A DNA stretch of 64,000 nucleotides from an uncultured Bacilli bacterium (GTDB taxonomy: Bacteria > Bacillota_I > Bacilli_A > RF39 > UBA660): contig CAKOLN010000005.1 of the NCBI GenBank assembly GCA_934096075.1, forward strand, positions 15,103-79,102, in the 5' to 3' direction. A program made the translations under genes and the position numbers. Below the pieces are notes generated by a model. It did not search any database, had not been told where the DNA came from, and was given only the letters and a program-made list of their open reading frames with translations. Below, in pieces: positions 10,126-19,042 of the stretch (its first letter is position 1; each line of letters opens with the position of its first letter).

Positions 10126-11493
10126 TTATTTAGTAGGTATTAATATTTCTTGTCCAATTGATAATGTTGAACCAGATAGATTATTAATATTTTTTAATTC
10201 ATTAACTGTAACTCCATATGTGTTTGCAATTTTCCAAAGCGAATCACCTTTTTTAACTTTATATGTGGTATAAGATTCAGTACCAGGTATTTTCAATACT
10301 TGTCCTATTTGTAGTGTATTTGAAGATAAGTTATTTAAACTTTTTATATCATTTACACTAACACCATATTTATTAGCAATTGTATATAAATTATCACCTT
10401 TAACTACTACATAATTAATTCCAGCCGAAGTTGTTGGTTCTTTTTCTTCAACTTTTGTGTCAGATACAGGTATTAATAATTTTTGTCCAACATATATAGT
10501 GTTACCTGTAAGTTTATTTGCGCTTTTTATTCTATCTACTGTGATTCCATAACTGTTTGCTATTTTAGAAAGAGAATCTCCTGCCTTTACTGTGTATTCT
10601 ATTCCTTTTGGCTCTTCTTTTACATCTATTTCTATGTTTTCTGTTTTAGGTATTAGTAATTGTTGATTAATAGTTAATGTTGTTCCTTTCAAGTTGTTAA
10701 TATTCATTAATGTATCTACAGTAGTATTATATTTATTAGCAATTTTCCAAAGTGAATCACCAGATTTAACTGTATAAATTAAATAGTCTTCTACTGGTTT
10801 TTCTTCATCAAGCTTAACTTTTAAATTTTGTCCTACTGTAATTGTATTTGTTTTTAGGTTATTTAGATTTTTTAATTCTTCAACTGTTATACCGAACTTG
10901 TTAGCAATTTTCCAAAGTGAATCACCTTTTTGTACTGTATAATATGAACCTTCAACAGGCGCAGTATAGGGAAGATTTTTATATTTAGTTATTGCTCTTA
11001 CAACTGCTTCTGCATAATCTTTATAATTATTTTTTAATTGATTGACATCATCACCTTTTGAATCTAGAAAACCATATTCAACAATCACTGCTTCTGTATC
11101 TGGTGTGTTTCTGTGAATAAAATAATAATCTTTTACTGGGTTACTTGGAAGTCTTTGTTGATAATTCTTTCTTATATTTTGACCTTCACTTTCTAATTCT
11201 TCTAATATTGTATTAGAAAACTTTGAATTGTTTCTAAGAGCATAAATTACTTCAGCACCATCACCACCTCCTGCATTTATGTGATTACTAATAACAACTA
11301 CATCTTTACCTGTACCATAAGCATTTTTAATTCTATTGGTTCTATCAGTACTATCTATTGTTTCATCTGTAGTTCTTGTCATTGTAACAGGAATGCCTAA
11401 TTCTCTTAATCTATCATACATATACTTACTTATCAAAAGTGTAAGATCTTTCTCAATTATACCATTACCACTAGCACCAGGATCCGAACCTCC
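10126..11493 (-). pseudogene. N-acetylmuramoyl-L-alanine amidase (Amidase_3 + 5 LysM repeats): 3' portion of a gene interrupted by the integrated element
   Basis: The ORF track starts it at a TTG at 11436, but the frame stays open upstream to 11520 and encodes ...PIPRHGGSDPGASGNGIIEKDL (Amidase_3 DPGHGG..DPGA motif) with no ATG or GTG. Five YTV(K/Q)KGDSLWKIANKYG LysM repeats are present. The missing N-terminus MALKGVVIDAGHGG is found at 20643..20685. Confidence 0.7.
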
Positions 11494-11530
11494 GTGTCGG
11501 GGTATCGGAAAAGTCCAAATTTATTATTAT

Positions 11531-11920
11531 TTATATTTCTACTAGTTCTTTTGAATCTAACATAGATTTTGTTAAGTTTGTTGAAGAAACTATGGTTTTA
11601 TTGTCCCAGTAATTTAATAATTTATCTTTGTTTTCTTTAACCCATTTAATAGCAATATTTTTATTTTTATTTGGAATATTTCCAGCTAGAACTTTAAAAT
11701 CTAGTAATGAAATAGAAATTTCATATTTATCATATATTGCATGTACATGTGGAGGATTATGGTCACTAGTATAAACATAAAATTTTATACCTTTTTCTTC
11801 TCCTAATCTCTCTCTTATCTCATACACTTCAAATACATCTCTATAAAAATTTCTTATTTCTATTGGAATACCAAAATAATGCATTTCTTCTACTTTCATA
11901 ACTACTACCTCAAAATTCAA
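11531..11920 (-). CDS. DUF4160-family protein
   Basis: KFYVYTSDHNPPHVHAIYDKYEISISLLDFKVLAGNIPNKNKNIAIKWVKENKDKLLNYWD carries the HxPPHxH core of DUF4160. Confidence 0.45.
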   Translation of the reverse strand: MNFEVVVMKVEEMHYFGIPIEIRNFYRDVFEVYEIRERLGEEKGIKFYVYTSDHNPPHVHAIYDKYEISISLLDFKVLAGNIPNKNKNIAIKWVKENKDKLLNYWDNKTIVSSTNLTKSMLDSKELVEI

Positions 11921-13535
11921 AATTCCATTCTATTTCAATATCTCTTGTTTTATTTTCTTTATCATATTCTCCAATATATACTTTATCAATAAACTCATCT
12001 AATATAATTTTATTAAGTTCTTTTATATGTTTATATTTCTTTAATACGCTATCAGCATTTTTCTTTTCTTTCTTTTCAATTTTCAACTCATCAATTTGTT
12101 TATCTATTATTTCAATTCTTTTCATCATATTTTCTATTTCATTGAAATAATCTTTTGACATCATCTGAAACATATCTTCAGAAATAACTCCCTTAACTTT
12201 TTCCTCAAAAAGATTTCTATAATAAGTTTTATTATTACTTATTTTTTTATTTAAATCTTCTTTTTCTTGTATTAGTGCTTTTATTGAATTGTTATTATCT
12301 GTATCTTGTTCTTGTCTGTTTTCATAGAGTTCTTTTAAATTATTCTTATCATAGTAATTATCTAATAAATCATTAATAGCATTTAATAATATTTCTTCTA
12401 AACTATCCATTCTAATTACTTTATTATTAGGACATATATGAAACTTTTTATTACCCTTACATTGTAGATATGCTCTTTTACCTGTCTTTTCACTTTTAAC
12501 ACTATAAACATTTCTCATAAATGCTTTATCACAACAACTACAATATACTTTTCTAGTAAAATAATTTATTTGTCCTGTTTTAGTAACTTTGTAATGTGTT
12601 CCTAATATTGATTGTACTTTATTCCATGTTTCCATATCTATAATTGGTTCATGGGCATTCTCAATTCTAATCCAATCTTTTTTAGGTACTTTCATAGGTT
12701 TATGATTTTTATAACTTACATAAGTTGTTTTTCCTTGAACTAAATTGCCTATATAAACTTCATTTTTTAACATTTGAGCAATTGTATCAGGATTCCATCT
12801 AACTGTCTTTAAATTGCAATTACAACATACAAATTTGCTACCTTTTTGCTTTTTATAAACAGATCTAGGTGAAATATTATTATTGTTTAGATATTCACAT
12901 ATTCTATGATAACCATATCCATCTGCATACATTTTAAATATCTTTTTAACTACTTCTGCGGCTACTGGATCAACAACTAACTTATGTCCATCTTCATCTC
13001 TATCATAACCATATGAGGCAAAGCTACCCATAAATAAACCATCTTCTCTTTTATTCTTTAAAGACTTTCTAATATTTTGTGATAAGTCATCTAAATACCA
13101 TTCATTAATAAGTCCATTTATTTGTCTTGATTTCTTGTTAGATTCAATACTTGTATCAGCATTATCAATAATACTTACAAATCTAACTCCCCATTCAATA
13201 AACTTATTATGTAGATATCTTTCAATAACTTCCATATCTCTTGAAAATCTAGATTGTGATTTACATAAGACTAAATTAATCTTACCATTTTTACAATCAT
13301 TTATAAGTCTTTCAAAATCTGGCCTATAAGTTCCTGCTCCAGAAAAATCATCATCAGAATATATATCTACAACATCCCAACCATTTTGATTGGCATATTT
13401 TAAACACATACTTCTTTGATTTATTATACTATCACTATCATCAGTTTTATTTAGTTTATCTCTATCTTCATCAGATAATCTACAATATACACCTACCTTT
13501 TCCATCATAGCCATTCCTCCAATACATTGGAACAA
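11910..13535 (-). CDS. large serine recombinase (resolvase/invertase catalytic domain + recombinase + zinc-ribbon domains)
   Basis: VGVYCRLSDEDRD...INQR is the catalytic Ser region. It is followed by INLVLCKSQSRFSRD, a CCNCN...C zinc ribbon and a C-terminal coiled coil, 541 aa in all. The true start is probably MEKVGVY near 13505. The gene lies about 400 bp from the left junction. Confidence 0.8.
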   Translation of the reverse strand: MFQCIGGMAMMEKVGVYCRLSDEDRDKLNKTDDSDSIINQRSMCLKYANQNGWDVVDIYSDDDFSGAGTYRPDFERLINDCKNGKINLVLCKSQSRFSRDMEVIERYLHNKFIEWGVRFVSIIDNADTSIESNKKSRQINGLINEWYLDDLSQNIRKSLKNKREDGLFMGSFASYGYDRDEDGHKLVVDPVAAEVVKKIFKMYADGYGYHRICEYLNNNNISPRSVYKKQKGSKFVCCNCNLKTVRWNPDTIAQMLKNEVYIGNLVQGKTTYVSYKNHKPMKVPKKDWIRIENAHEPIIDMETWNKVQSILGTHYKVTKTGQINYFTRKVYCSCCDKAFMRNVYSVKSEKTGKRAYLQCKGNKKFHICPNNKVIRMDSLEEILLNAINDLLDNYYDKNNLKELYENRQEQDTDNNNSIKALIQEKEDLNKKISNNKTYYRNLFEEKVKGVISEDMFQMMSKDYFNEIENMMKRIEIIDKQIDELKIEKKEKKNADSVLKKYKHIKELNKIILDEFIDKVYIGEYDKENKTRDIEIEWNFEF

Positions 13536-13575
13536 CTACGAATAATTTTAAATACAAGTATATTATATATCATTA

Positions 13576-13719
13576 TTACGAATTATTTAATCCTAATTTT
13601 TGATTTTCTAGCTTTATAATGATATTTAACAATTTTCTATTAAATAAATCTTTTAATTCTTCATTAGTTTTATTTTCATTGTTCTTAAATTTATATTTTA
13701 CATTATATACTACCTCCAT
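13576..13719 (-). CDS. small ORF (47 aa) immediately upstream of the recombinase; candidate directionality/regulatory factor
   Basis: It encodes MEVVYNVKYKFKNNENKTNEELKDLFNRKLLNIIIKLENQKLGLNNS with a strong RBS, AAAGGGGGT. It is below the ORF-track length cutoff. Confidence 0.25.
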   Translation of the reverse strand: MEVVYNVKYKFKNNENKTNEELKDLFNRKLLNIIIKLENQKLGLNNS

Positions 13720-13799
13720 TTTCTATTTACCCCCTTTTCTTTAATTATAAATTAAATACTCCTTTCATAGACATCTTCTCCTTTGATTCTATAATTTAT

Positions 13800-14339
13800 C
13801 TATTGTATTTCATCTAATTGTTTATCAAATTCTATAGATTCTTCTTCGGTCATTGGATCTGATTTGCACACTTCAGGATGTTCCATCCAATAAGGTACAA
13901 TTTCTTCTCGTTTAAATTTATTTATTTTTTTATATTCATTTTTATATTTATTATTTATATTATGGTCACAAGTTTCTGCTACCATATCATTACAATTTTT
14001 TGCTACTTGGTTCGCAACTTTTGTTGGTATCTTTTCAGTATTAAGATATATTCTACGATTATTATTTTCATATTTTACTATGATATATTTTAATCGTTTT
14101 ATTTTAGACAATGAATCGCTAATTGTTCTTTTTGAAACTTTTACATAGTCTGCTAAATACTCATTACTCGCATAACAATATCCATTTTTCAAGGTAAGTG
14201 AAATGATAAGACCTAAAACACTACAATCTGTTTTAGATAAATTCCTATCATTAAATAATATTCTTGGAGTCATAATAAATTCACAATCTAATATAATAAT
14301 AGTTCTCCTATCTAATAAATATGGGCTTTTCCATTCCAA
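13800..14339 (-). CDS. phage/plasmid replication-organiser-like HTH protein
   Basis: TDCSVLGLIISLTLKNGYCYASNEYLADYVKVSKRTISDSLSKIKRLKYII is a winged-helix motif like phage replisome organiser N-terminal or RepA_N domains. Confidence 0.35.
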   Translation of the reverse strand: MEWKSPYLLDRRTIIILDCEFIMTPRILFNDRNLSKTDCSVLGLIISLTLKNGYCYASNEYLADYVKVSKRTISDSLSKIKRLKYIIVKYENNNRRIYLNTEKIPTKVANQVAKNCNDMVAETCDHNINNKYKNEYKKINKFKREEIVPYWMEHPEVCKSDPMTEEESIEFDKQLDEIQ

Positions 14340-14486
14340 ATTTTGAGCAATAATATCCTAAGGGGGATTTTTTATATCTTCCCCTAAAGATATTATTTTG
14401 ATTTATTCTATATATCTTATAGAAAAGGTACTAACATAAATCTCCGAACATTTACTGTACCTATATTTACTAGTGATTTTATCGTT

Positions 14487-14750
14487 CTAGTAAATGTGAT
14501 ATTCGTATAATCCTGTATCGTATTCTTTATAAACTAGATATTTGTTTTTTTCTAATATCTTTAGATTATTTCTAAATCCGATATTGGTTATACTTTTTAG
14601 CTCCCTTTGTATTCTTCCAATGCTTATATGTGAGATAGTTCTTTCAAATCCCTCTGCAAATAGATAAGCATATATTTCTTTTGCTTCAGGTTTGATGTTT
14701 TTATCCCTCCATATCCTATGGTTTGAAATATCTAGGTGCTTTATTCTCAT
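14487..14750 (-). CDS. small HTH-like protein
   Basis: The 87-aa ORF contains ISHISIGRIQRELKSITNIGFRNNLKILEKNKYL. It is divergent from the XRE regulator. Confidence 0.3.
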   Translation of the reverse strand: MRIKHLDISNHRIWRDKNIKPEAKEIYAYLFAEGFERTISHISIGRIQRELKSITNIGFRNNLKILEKNKYLVYKEYDTGLYEYHIY

Positions 14751-14904
14751 TCATCTCTGTTCCTCCTTTCCCACCGATGAGTTTTACATCAATTTCTTAT
14801 TGAGTATATCATCACATAATGAGTTTGTCAACACTATAATTGCAAAAATGTATTGATTTTTACATCACTATGTGTTATACTTATTTCAGTCGAGGTGGTA
14901 TTAG

Positions 14905-15453
14905 ATGAAAAAACAGACTACTGAATTAGGTAAACTAGTAAGTGAAACAAGAGAAAAACTAGGTATTTCACAAAGAGAACTTGCCAGAAGATCAAATATG
15001 GATTGTGCTGAAGTATCTCGTATAGAGGCTGGTAAAAGATTAAAACCAAACATCCTATACTTAAAAGGAATTGCTGAAACTCTTAATTTAAGTATGGTAG
15101 ATTTAATGAAACTTGCTGGTTATAATGATATAGATATAAATTGGGGTAAAGATTTATCAGTTAAAAGATCAACTGCTGACTATCAACGACAAATAGAAAG
15201 TTATGAAAAATTTTATTTCGATGCACTTGATCATTTTGAAGAAAATAGAAAAGTTGATTTTGCTATTAAAGGATGTATTGCTGATTTAATTGATAAATTA
15301 GAATTAGCAAAAATAAAAAAAAAGGAAATATCTAATGATGAAATATTAGATAGATTAAAGGAAATAATTTCTATGATTAGACCAAATTTAGAAAAATTTG
15401 ATAAGTCTAAATATCCATCATTTGATAGTGCATTATTTCCAAAAAGAAAATAA
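14905..15453 (+). CDS. XRE-family transcriptional regulator
   Basis: LGISQRELARRSNMDCAEVSRIEAGKR is an HTH_XRE motif. Its position resembles a phage-like regulatory switch. Confidence 0.6.
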   Translation: MKKQTTELGKLVSETREKLGISQRELARRSNMDCAEVSRIEAGKRLKPNILYLKGIAETLNLSMVDLMKLAGYNDIDINWGKDLSVKRSTADYQRQIESYEKFYFDALDHFEENRKVDFAIKGCIADLIDKLELAKIKKKEISNDEILDRLKEIISMIRPNLEKFDKSKYPSFDSALFPKRK

Positions 15454-15705
15454 CCTTAGTACATTAATTGTATTAAGGTTATTTTTATATAAAGAATACG
15501 TGGCACGTTTTGATCTGTAAGGTTGAAAGTGGCGATAGTATTCTTTCTTTTTTATAAAACGCAAGTTGTAATAAAAAAGGCGACATTACTACTTACGATT
15601 AGTTTGTAGTTTTGTCGCTTAAATGGGGTTCAAAGGGGTATTTATCCCTTGCCCACTGTTATTGGCTATGCCAATAGCGTAGTGGGTTACTATAATGGAA
15701 TTATA

Positions 15706-15746
15706 GTAAAAAGGCAAACTAATTTATTTAGTTTTGCCTTTTTGAG
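15706..15746. terminator. bidirectional terminator between the convergent XRE gene and 15724..16404
   Basis: aaaaAGGCAAACTaatttatttAGTTTTGCCTtttt has A/T runs on both sides. Confidence 0.55.
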
Positions 15747-16404
15747 GACTACCATTATAATAAAATGTTCTTGATTCAAAATCGATATAAGTTGGTATTC
15801 CTTTTTCTTCTAGTAAATGAAGTAAAACTTGTAAATCTATTAAAGGTGAAGTAGCAATCCCCTCTTGAATAAGGTGCACAAACATTCTGTCTGTCTTGGA
15901 AAGATCTTGTGATACCTTATTATCCCCATACATTTCTTTAAATGCTCTTTCAAAGACATCTCTTCCATATGTTTCTATAATTCTATCAGTATCAAATTCA
16001 ATTCCTACTATTTCATAAGGAATAATTCTATTTCCTTCAGGGACTTCAGCACTAGACGCAATTTTCATTGTTCCTTCTCTTACGCTTTCTAAAAACATAC
16101 GATATCTTTTATCTAATGTTTGGTCTTTATTTTGTTCGTTTTTTGTTTTGTTTGTAGTTTCAAATCCTACATCATCAAATGCTTTTAAATATTTACTAGT
16201 TTCTGGAACATAAAATAATAAAGCATCCCTTTCTTTAGAAGTTAATGTATATTCTGGTTTTAACATTCCTCTTTCATCATATTGATCATTTGCACTTAAT
16301 TTAGAGATAGCTCCCATATATGCACTTCCATATTTAAGTTCCATGTAATCTCTTAAATCTTTCATTGCTTTTGCATGTTGCTCGTTCAAATTACTAAAAG
16401 CCAT
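15724..16404 (-). CDS. hypothetical protein (226 aa)
   Basis: The ORF is acidic with no recognisable motif. Confidence 0.3.
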   Translation of the reverse strand: MAFSNLNEQHAKAMKDLRDYMELKYGSAYMGAISKLSANDQYDERGMLKPEYTLTSKERDALLFYVPETSKYLKAFDDVGFETTNKTKNEQNKDQTLDKRYRMFLESVREGTMKIASSAEVPEGNRIIPYEIVGIEFDTDRIIETYGRDVFERAFKEMYGDNKVSQDLSKTDRMFVHLIQEGIATSPLIDLQVLLHLLEEKGIPTYIDFESRTFYYNGSPQKGKTK

Positions 16405-16480
16405 TTATATCACCTCCATTAACTTAATTATAACACAGATTTGAGAATATTCTTAATAAAATTATAAATTTTTACATTTT

Positions 16481-17750
16481 TTATAGACTTATTTCATAAT
16501 CGTCTTTATCTTTTTCCTGATAATATGATTTTTTTCTAGTTTTGTAATAACCAGGTATATCTGCATAATCAAATAATTCATCTTCTTTGGTTGTTCCTTT
16601 AGATATATCATAAACATCATTTGAATTAAATTCTTTACTATCATAATAGTCTTTTATTTCAATTGTAGTAGTTTCTTTTACAAGTTCATTACCAATTTGT
16701 AATAAATTCCTAAAAAACTCTTTAATTACCTTTAAAATGGCTTCTAATCGTGTGTTTAGTTTAGTGTTATCTTTAGAAAGTTTATTAACTCTAGCATTTA
16801 GTACCTCGTTTTCCTTTTCTAAAGTTTGATGACTTTTAGTATAGTTATCAACTTCATTAAATAATTGTTGTAATTTAGGTTGAAACTCTATTGCTTTTTT
16901 ACTTTCTTTAATAACTTTATTCATACTTTCAAAAGTATCTTTTTCTACTAATACGTGCGTTTTGCTAAAAGGTATATTTTTTGTAGTTTTCATCTTTTCT
17001 TCAAAAACGTTCATAGCATTATCTATTCTAGTATTTATTACCTTAACTTTGTTTTCATAATATCTAGTAGTTTTCTTTAATTCTTTTGTTTTTTGATGTT
17101 TAGCATTACTACCTTTAATACCACGTTCTAAATCATATCCTTTTTCAGTTAGTCTTTTATGATATTTATCCTGTAATTCTGATAAATGATATTTATCTCT
17201 TATATATTGTTTTTTAGATATAGTATATCTTTCTGTATTTGTTCTTTTATCATACTTTTTTACTAGTGGAATAACTACACAATGCAAGTGTGGTGTTTCT
17301 TCATCTAAATGAATAGTAGCGTGTAATACTTGTGATTTTGTATAACCTAAATTTTTATAAACAAATTCCATACAAGTATTAGCCCAATCAATAATATCAT
17401 CTTTATTCATATTCTCAAAAAAATTATGGGTAGCAGTAAATAATAGTTCATCTGCAACAACATTTTTTGATTTATTTAACATTTGACTATAAGTCTTTTT
17501 TCTTTCTTGTCTTTCTGTCTTTTGTCTTTCATTGTGTTCTTTTTCATATTCCTTAGTTAATTCTTTAAAACCTTTAACATATTTAGATTCAAGTGGTACT
17601 AACTCAATGTTATCATCTTTTAATTCTAATTTAATATCAGGATTAGATTTATAAGCCTGTTTTTCTCTTTTATTGTGTGATCCGATTTGTGCTAAATCAT
17701 TTAAAGTCATAATCTGTTGACTTCTAAATATTGCATAATTTAAATTCATT
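16481..17750 (-). CDS. MobV-family (Mob/Pre, pMV158 MobM-like) relaxase
   Basis: The N-terminus is MNLNYAIFRSQQIMTLNDLAQIGSHNKREK...NPDI. The HxDExTPHxH metal motif appears as HATIHLDEETPHLHCVV, and the C-terminus is a coiled coil. The likely start is the ATG at 17748-17750, with RBS GGAAGGAGAG. The track ORF begins 26 codons earlier at 17827. Confidence 0.75.
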
Positions 17751-17776
17751 TTATCTCTCCTTCCTTTGCATACGAA

Positions 17777-17800
17777 AAAAGATACTTTTTCAAGTATCTT
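17777..17800 (-). terminator. palindromic hairpin terminator (AAGATACTT-N4-AAGTATCTT + T-run), copy 1; lies in the 70-bp gap immediately upstream of mobV (candidate oriT region)
   Basis: The minus strand reads AAGATACTTgaaaAAGTATCTTTTTTCG. An identical 24-nt core is at 20563..20586. Confidence 0.5.
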
Positions 17801-17820
17801 AAATTTAATAATAAAATAAT

Positions 17821-18621
17821 TTAACATTTAATTTTTACTGATTTTTCTTTAAATTTAAAATCATTTTCACTATCCTGTTGATAAATATTAAGAACAAATT
17901 TATCTCTTTCTGTATGAAATACTTGATTAAAGATATTTATATTTGTGGAAGCAGGAGTTGATAAAAATAAGTTATAATTCCAACAATACTGTTTAGTACT
18001 TTGTACCTCTTTAATAAGTATTTCTATTAGTTCTTGAGACTTTGTTCTAATTCCTTTATCTCCTTCTCTAGTTATACTTATGGTATAACTATCTATTATT
18101 TTTTGTGGAAGTTTTGCTTCTATAATAGGATATGTGTCAGATATTATAATGTTTATTTGTTTAGTATTTTTGTTGCATTTTCCTTTACGACTTACTTTAT
18201 ACTTATAATTACGATTTGAATATTCTGTATTATCAAAGCATTCCAACTTATTTATATTCAACAATTGAAATTGTAAAGGGATGGGTTTCATCTTTAAATT
18301 AACTTTTCTATAGCCTGTAATTAGCCAAGCAATATAATAAATAATAATATGATAATCTCCATAAATGTCAGTAGGAGCATATTCTTTATCCTTATTTAAA
18401 CGTCTATATATAATTAAAAATCCAAAAAACAATAGTACACAAGCTACTCTTCTAAAATGATTGAACGTTATTTTTGATAATTCAATTAAAAATCCATTTC
18501 CCTCATAATCAACAATTTTAAATATTGATGATAAACCTATTGATGTAATAGCAATTAATAATATTGGTAAAACTATCGTTCTCACTGGGTATAAGAATTT
18601 TTTAATTTTTTTCATGTTCAA
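17821..18621 (-). CDS. two-TM membrane protein with ~190-aa C-terminal domain; candidate effector of the nucleotidyltransferase cassette
   Basis: TM1 is LPILLIAITSIGLSSIFKIV and TM2 is VACVLLFFGFLIIYRRL, followed by a soluble C-terminal domain. Its start overlaps the upstream gene stop by 20 nt. Confidence 0.4.
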   Translation of the reverse strand: MNMKKIKKFLYPVRTIVLPILLIAITSIGLSSIFKIVDYEGNGFLIELSKITFNHFRRVACVLLFFGFLIIYRRLNKDKEYAPTDIYGDYHIIIYYIAWLITGYRKVNLKMKPIPLQFQLLNINKLECFDNTEYSNRNYKYKVSRKGKCNKNTKQINIIISDTYPIIEAKLPQKIIDSYTISITREGDKGIRTKSQELIEILIKEVQSTKQYCWNYNLFLSTPASTNINIFNQVFHTERDKFVLNIYQQDSENDFKFKEKSVKIKC

Positions 18622-19042
18622 TACCTCCTCCTAACCATTTTCCTGTTATTCGCCAAAGCTCATAAAAATATAACCAATCAATCGTCCATGGTATGATTGT
18701 ATCTGCCAGAAACATATCCCTTGACCATTCCTGATATTTTGGATAATACAAGCACACCTTTACATATTCATCATCTTTATTATTATAATGCCTTCTATAA
18801 CAATGAGGAATATATTCATCTTTTTTTGTCATAATACCTTGATTGTATAAGTAAACCTCTGGTGTTATACCATTATATTTTACTGTAATATCATAGGCTC
18901 TAGATAATTCAGATGGTCTTACTCTTTGTTTCCAAATTAGATTTCCCATTCCTAGCTTACAATCAAGGCAATCATACTTTGATTTAAGATTTAATAACTG
19001 AATTGCAACATTCTTTGGCTTTTTAAAAAATTTATTTGCCAA
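18602..19042 (-). CDS. 146-aa Cys/His/aromatic-rich protein of unknown family, middle gene of the cassette
   Basis: It carries CLDC...HCYRRHY...C...IPWTIDWLYFYELWRITGKW. Its start overlaps the NTase stop by 11 nt. Confidence 0.35.
   Translation of the reverse strand: MANKFFKKPKNVAIQLLNLKSKYDCLDCKLGMGNLIWKQRVRPSELSRAYDITVKYNGITPEVYLYNQGIMTKKDEYIPHCYRRHYNNKDDEYVKVCLYYPKYQEWSRDMFLADTIIPWTIDWLYFYELWRITGKWLGGGIEHEKN

Noticed and set aside
11336-11545. 69-aa + strand ORF spanning the element/amidase junction
   Set aside because: It is antisense to the amidase reading frame and crosses the insertion junction, so it is spurious.
15600-15680. GGGGTTCAAAGGGG-containing segment considered as a tRNA or retron msr/msd
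   Set aside because: It has no tRNA cloverleaf or T-loop (GGTTCGAAT) consensus, and there is no reverse transcriptase gene nearby. I kept it only as a generic structured region.
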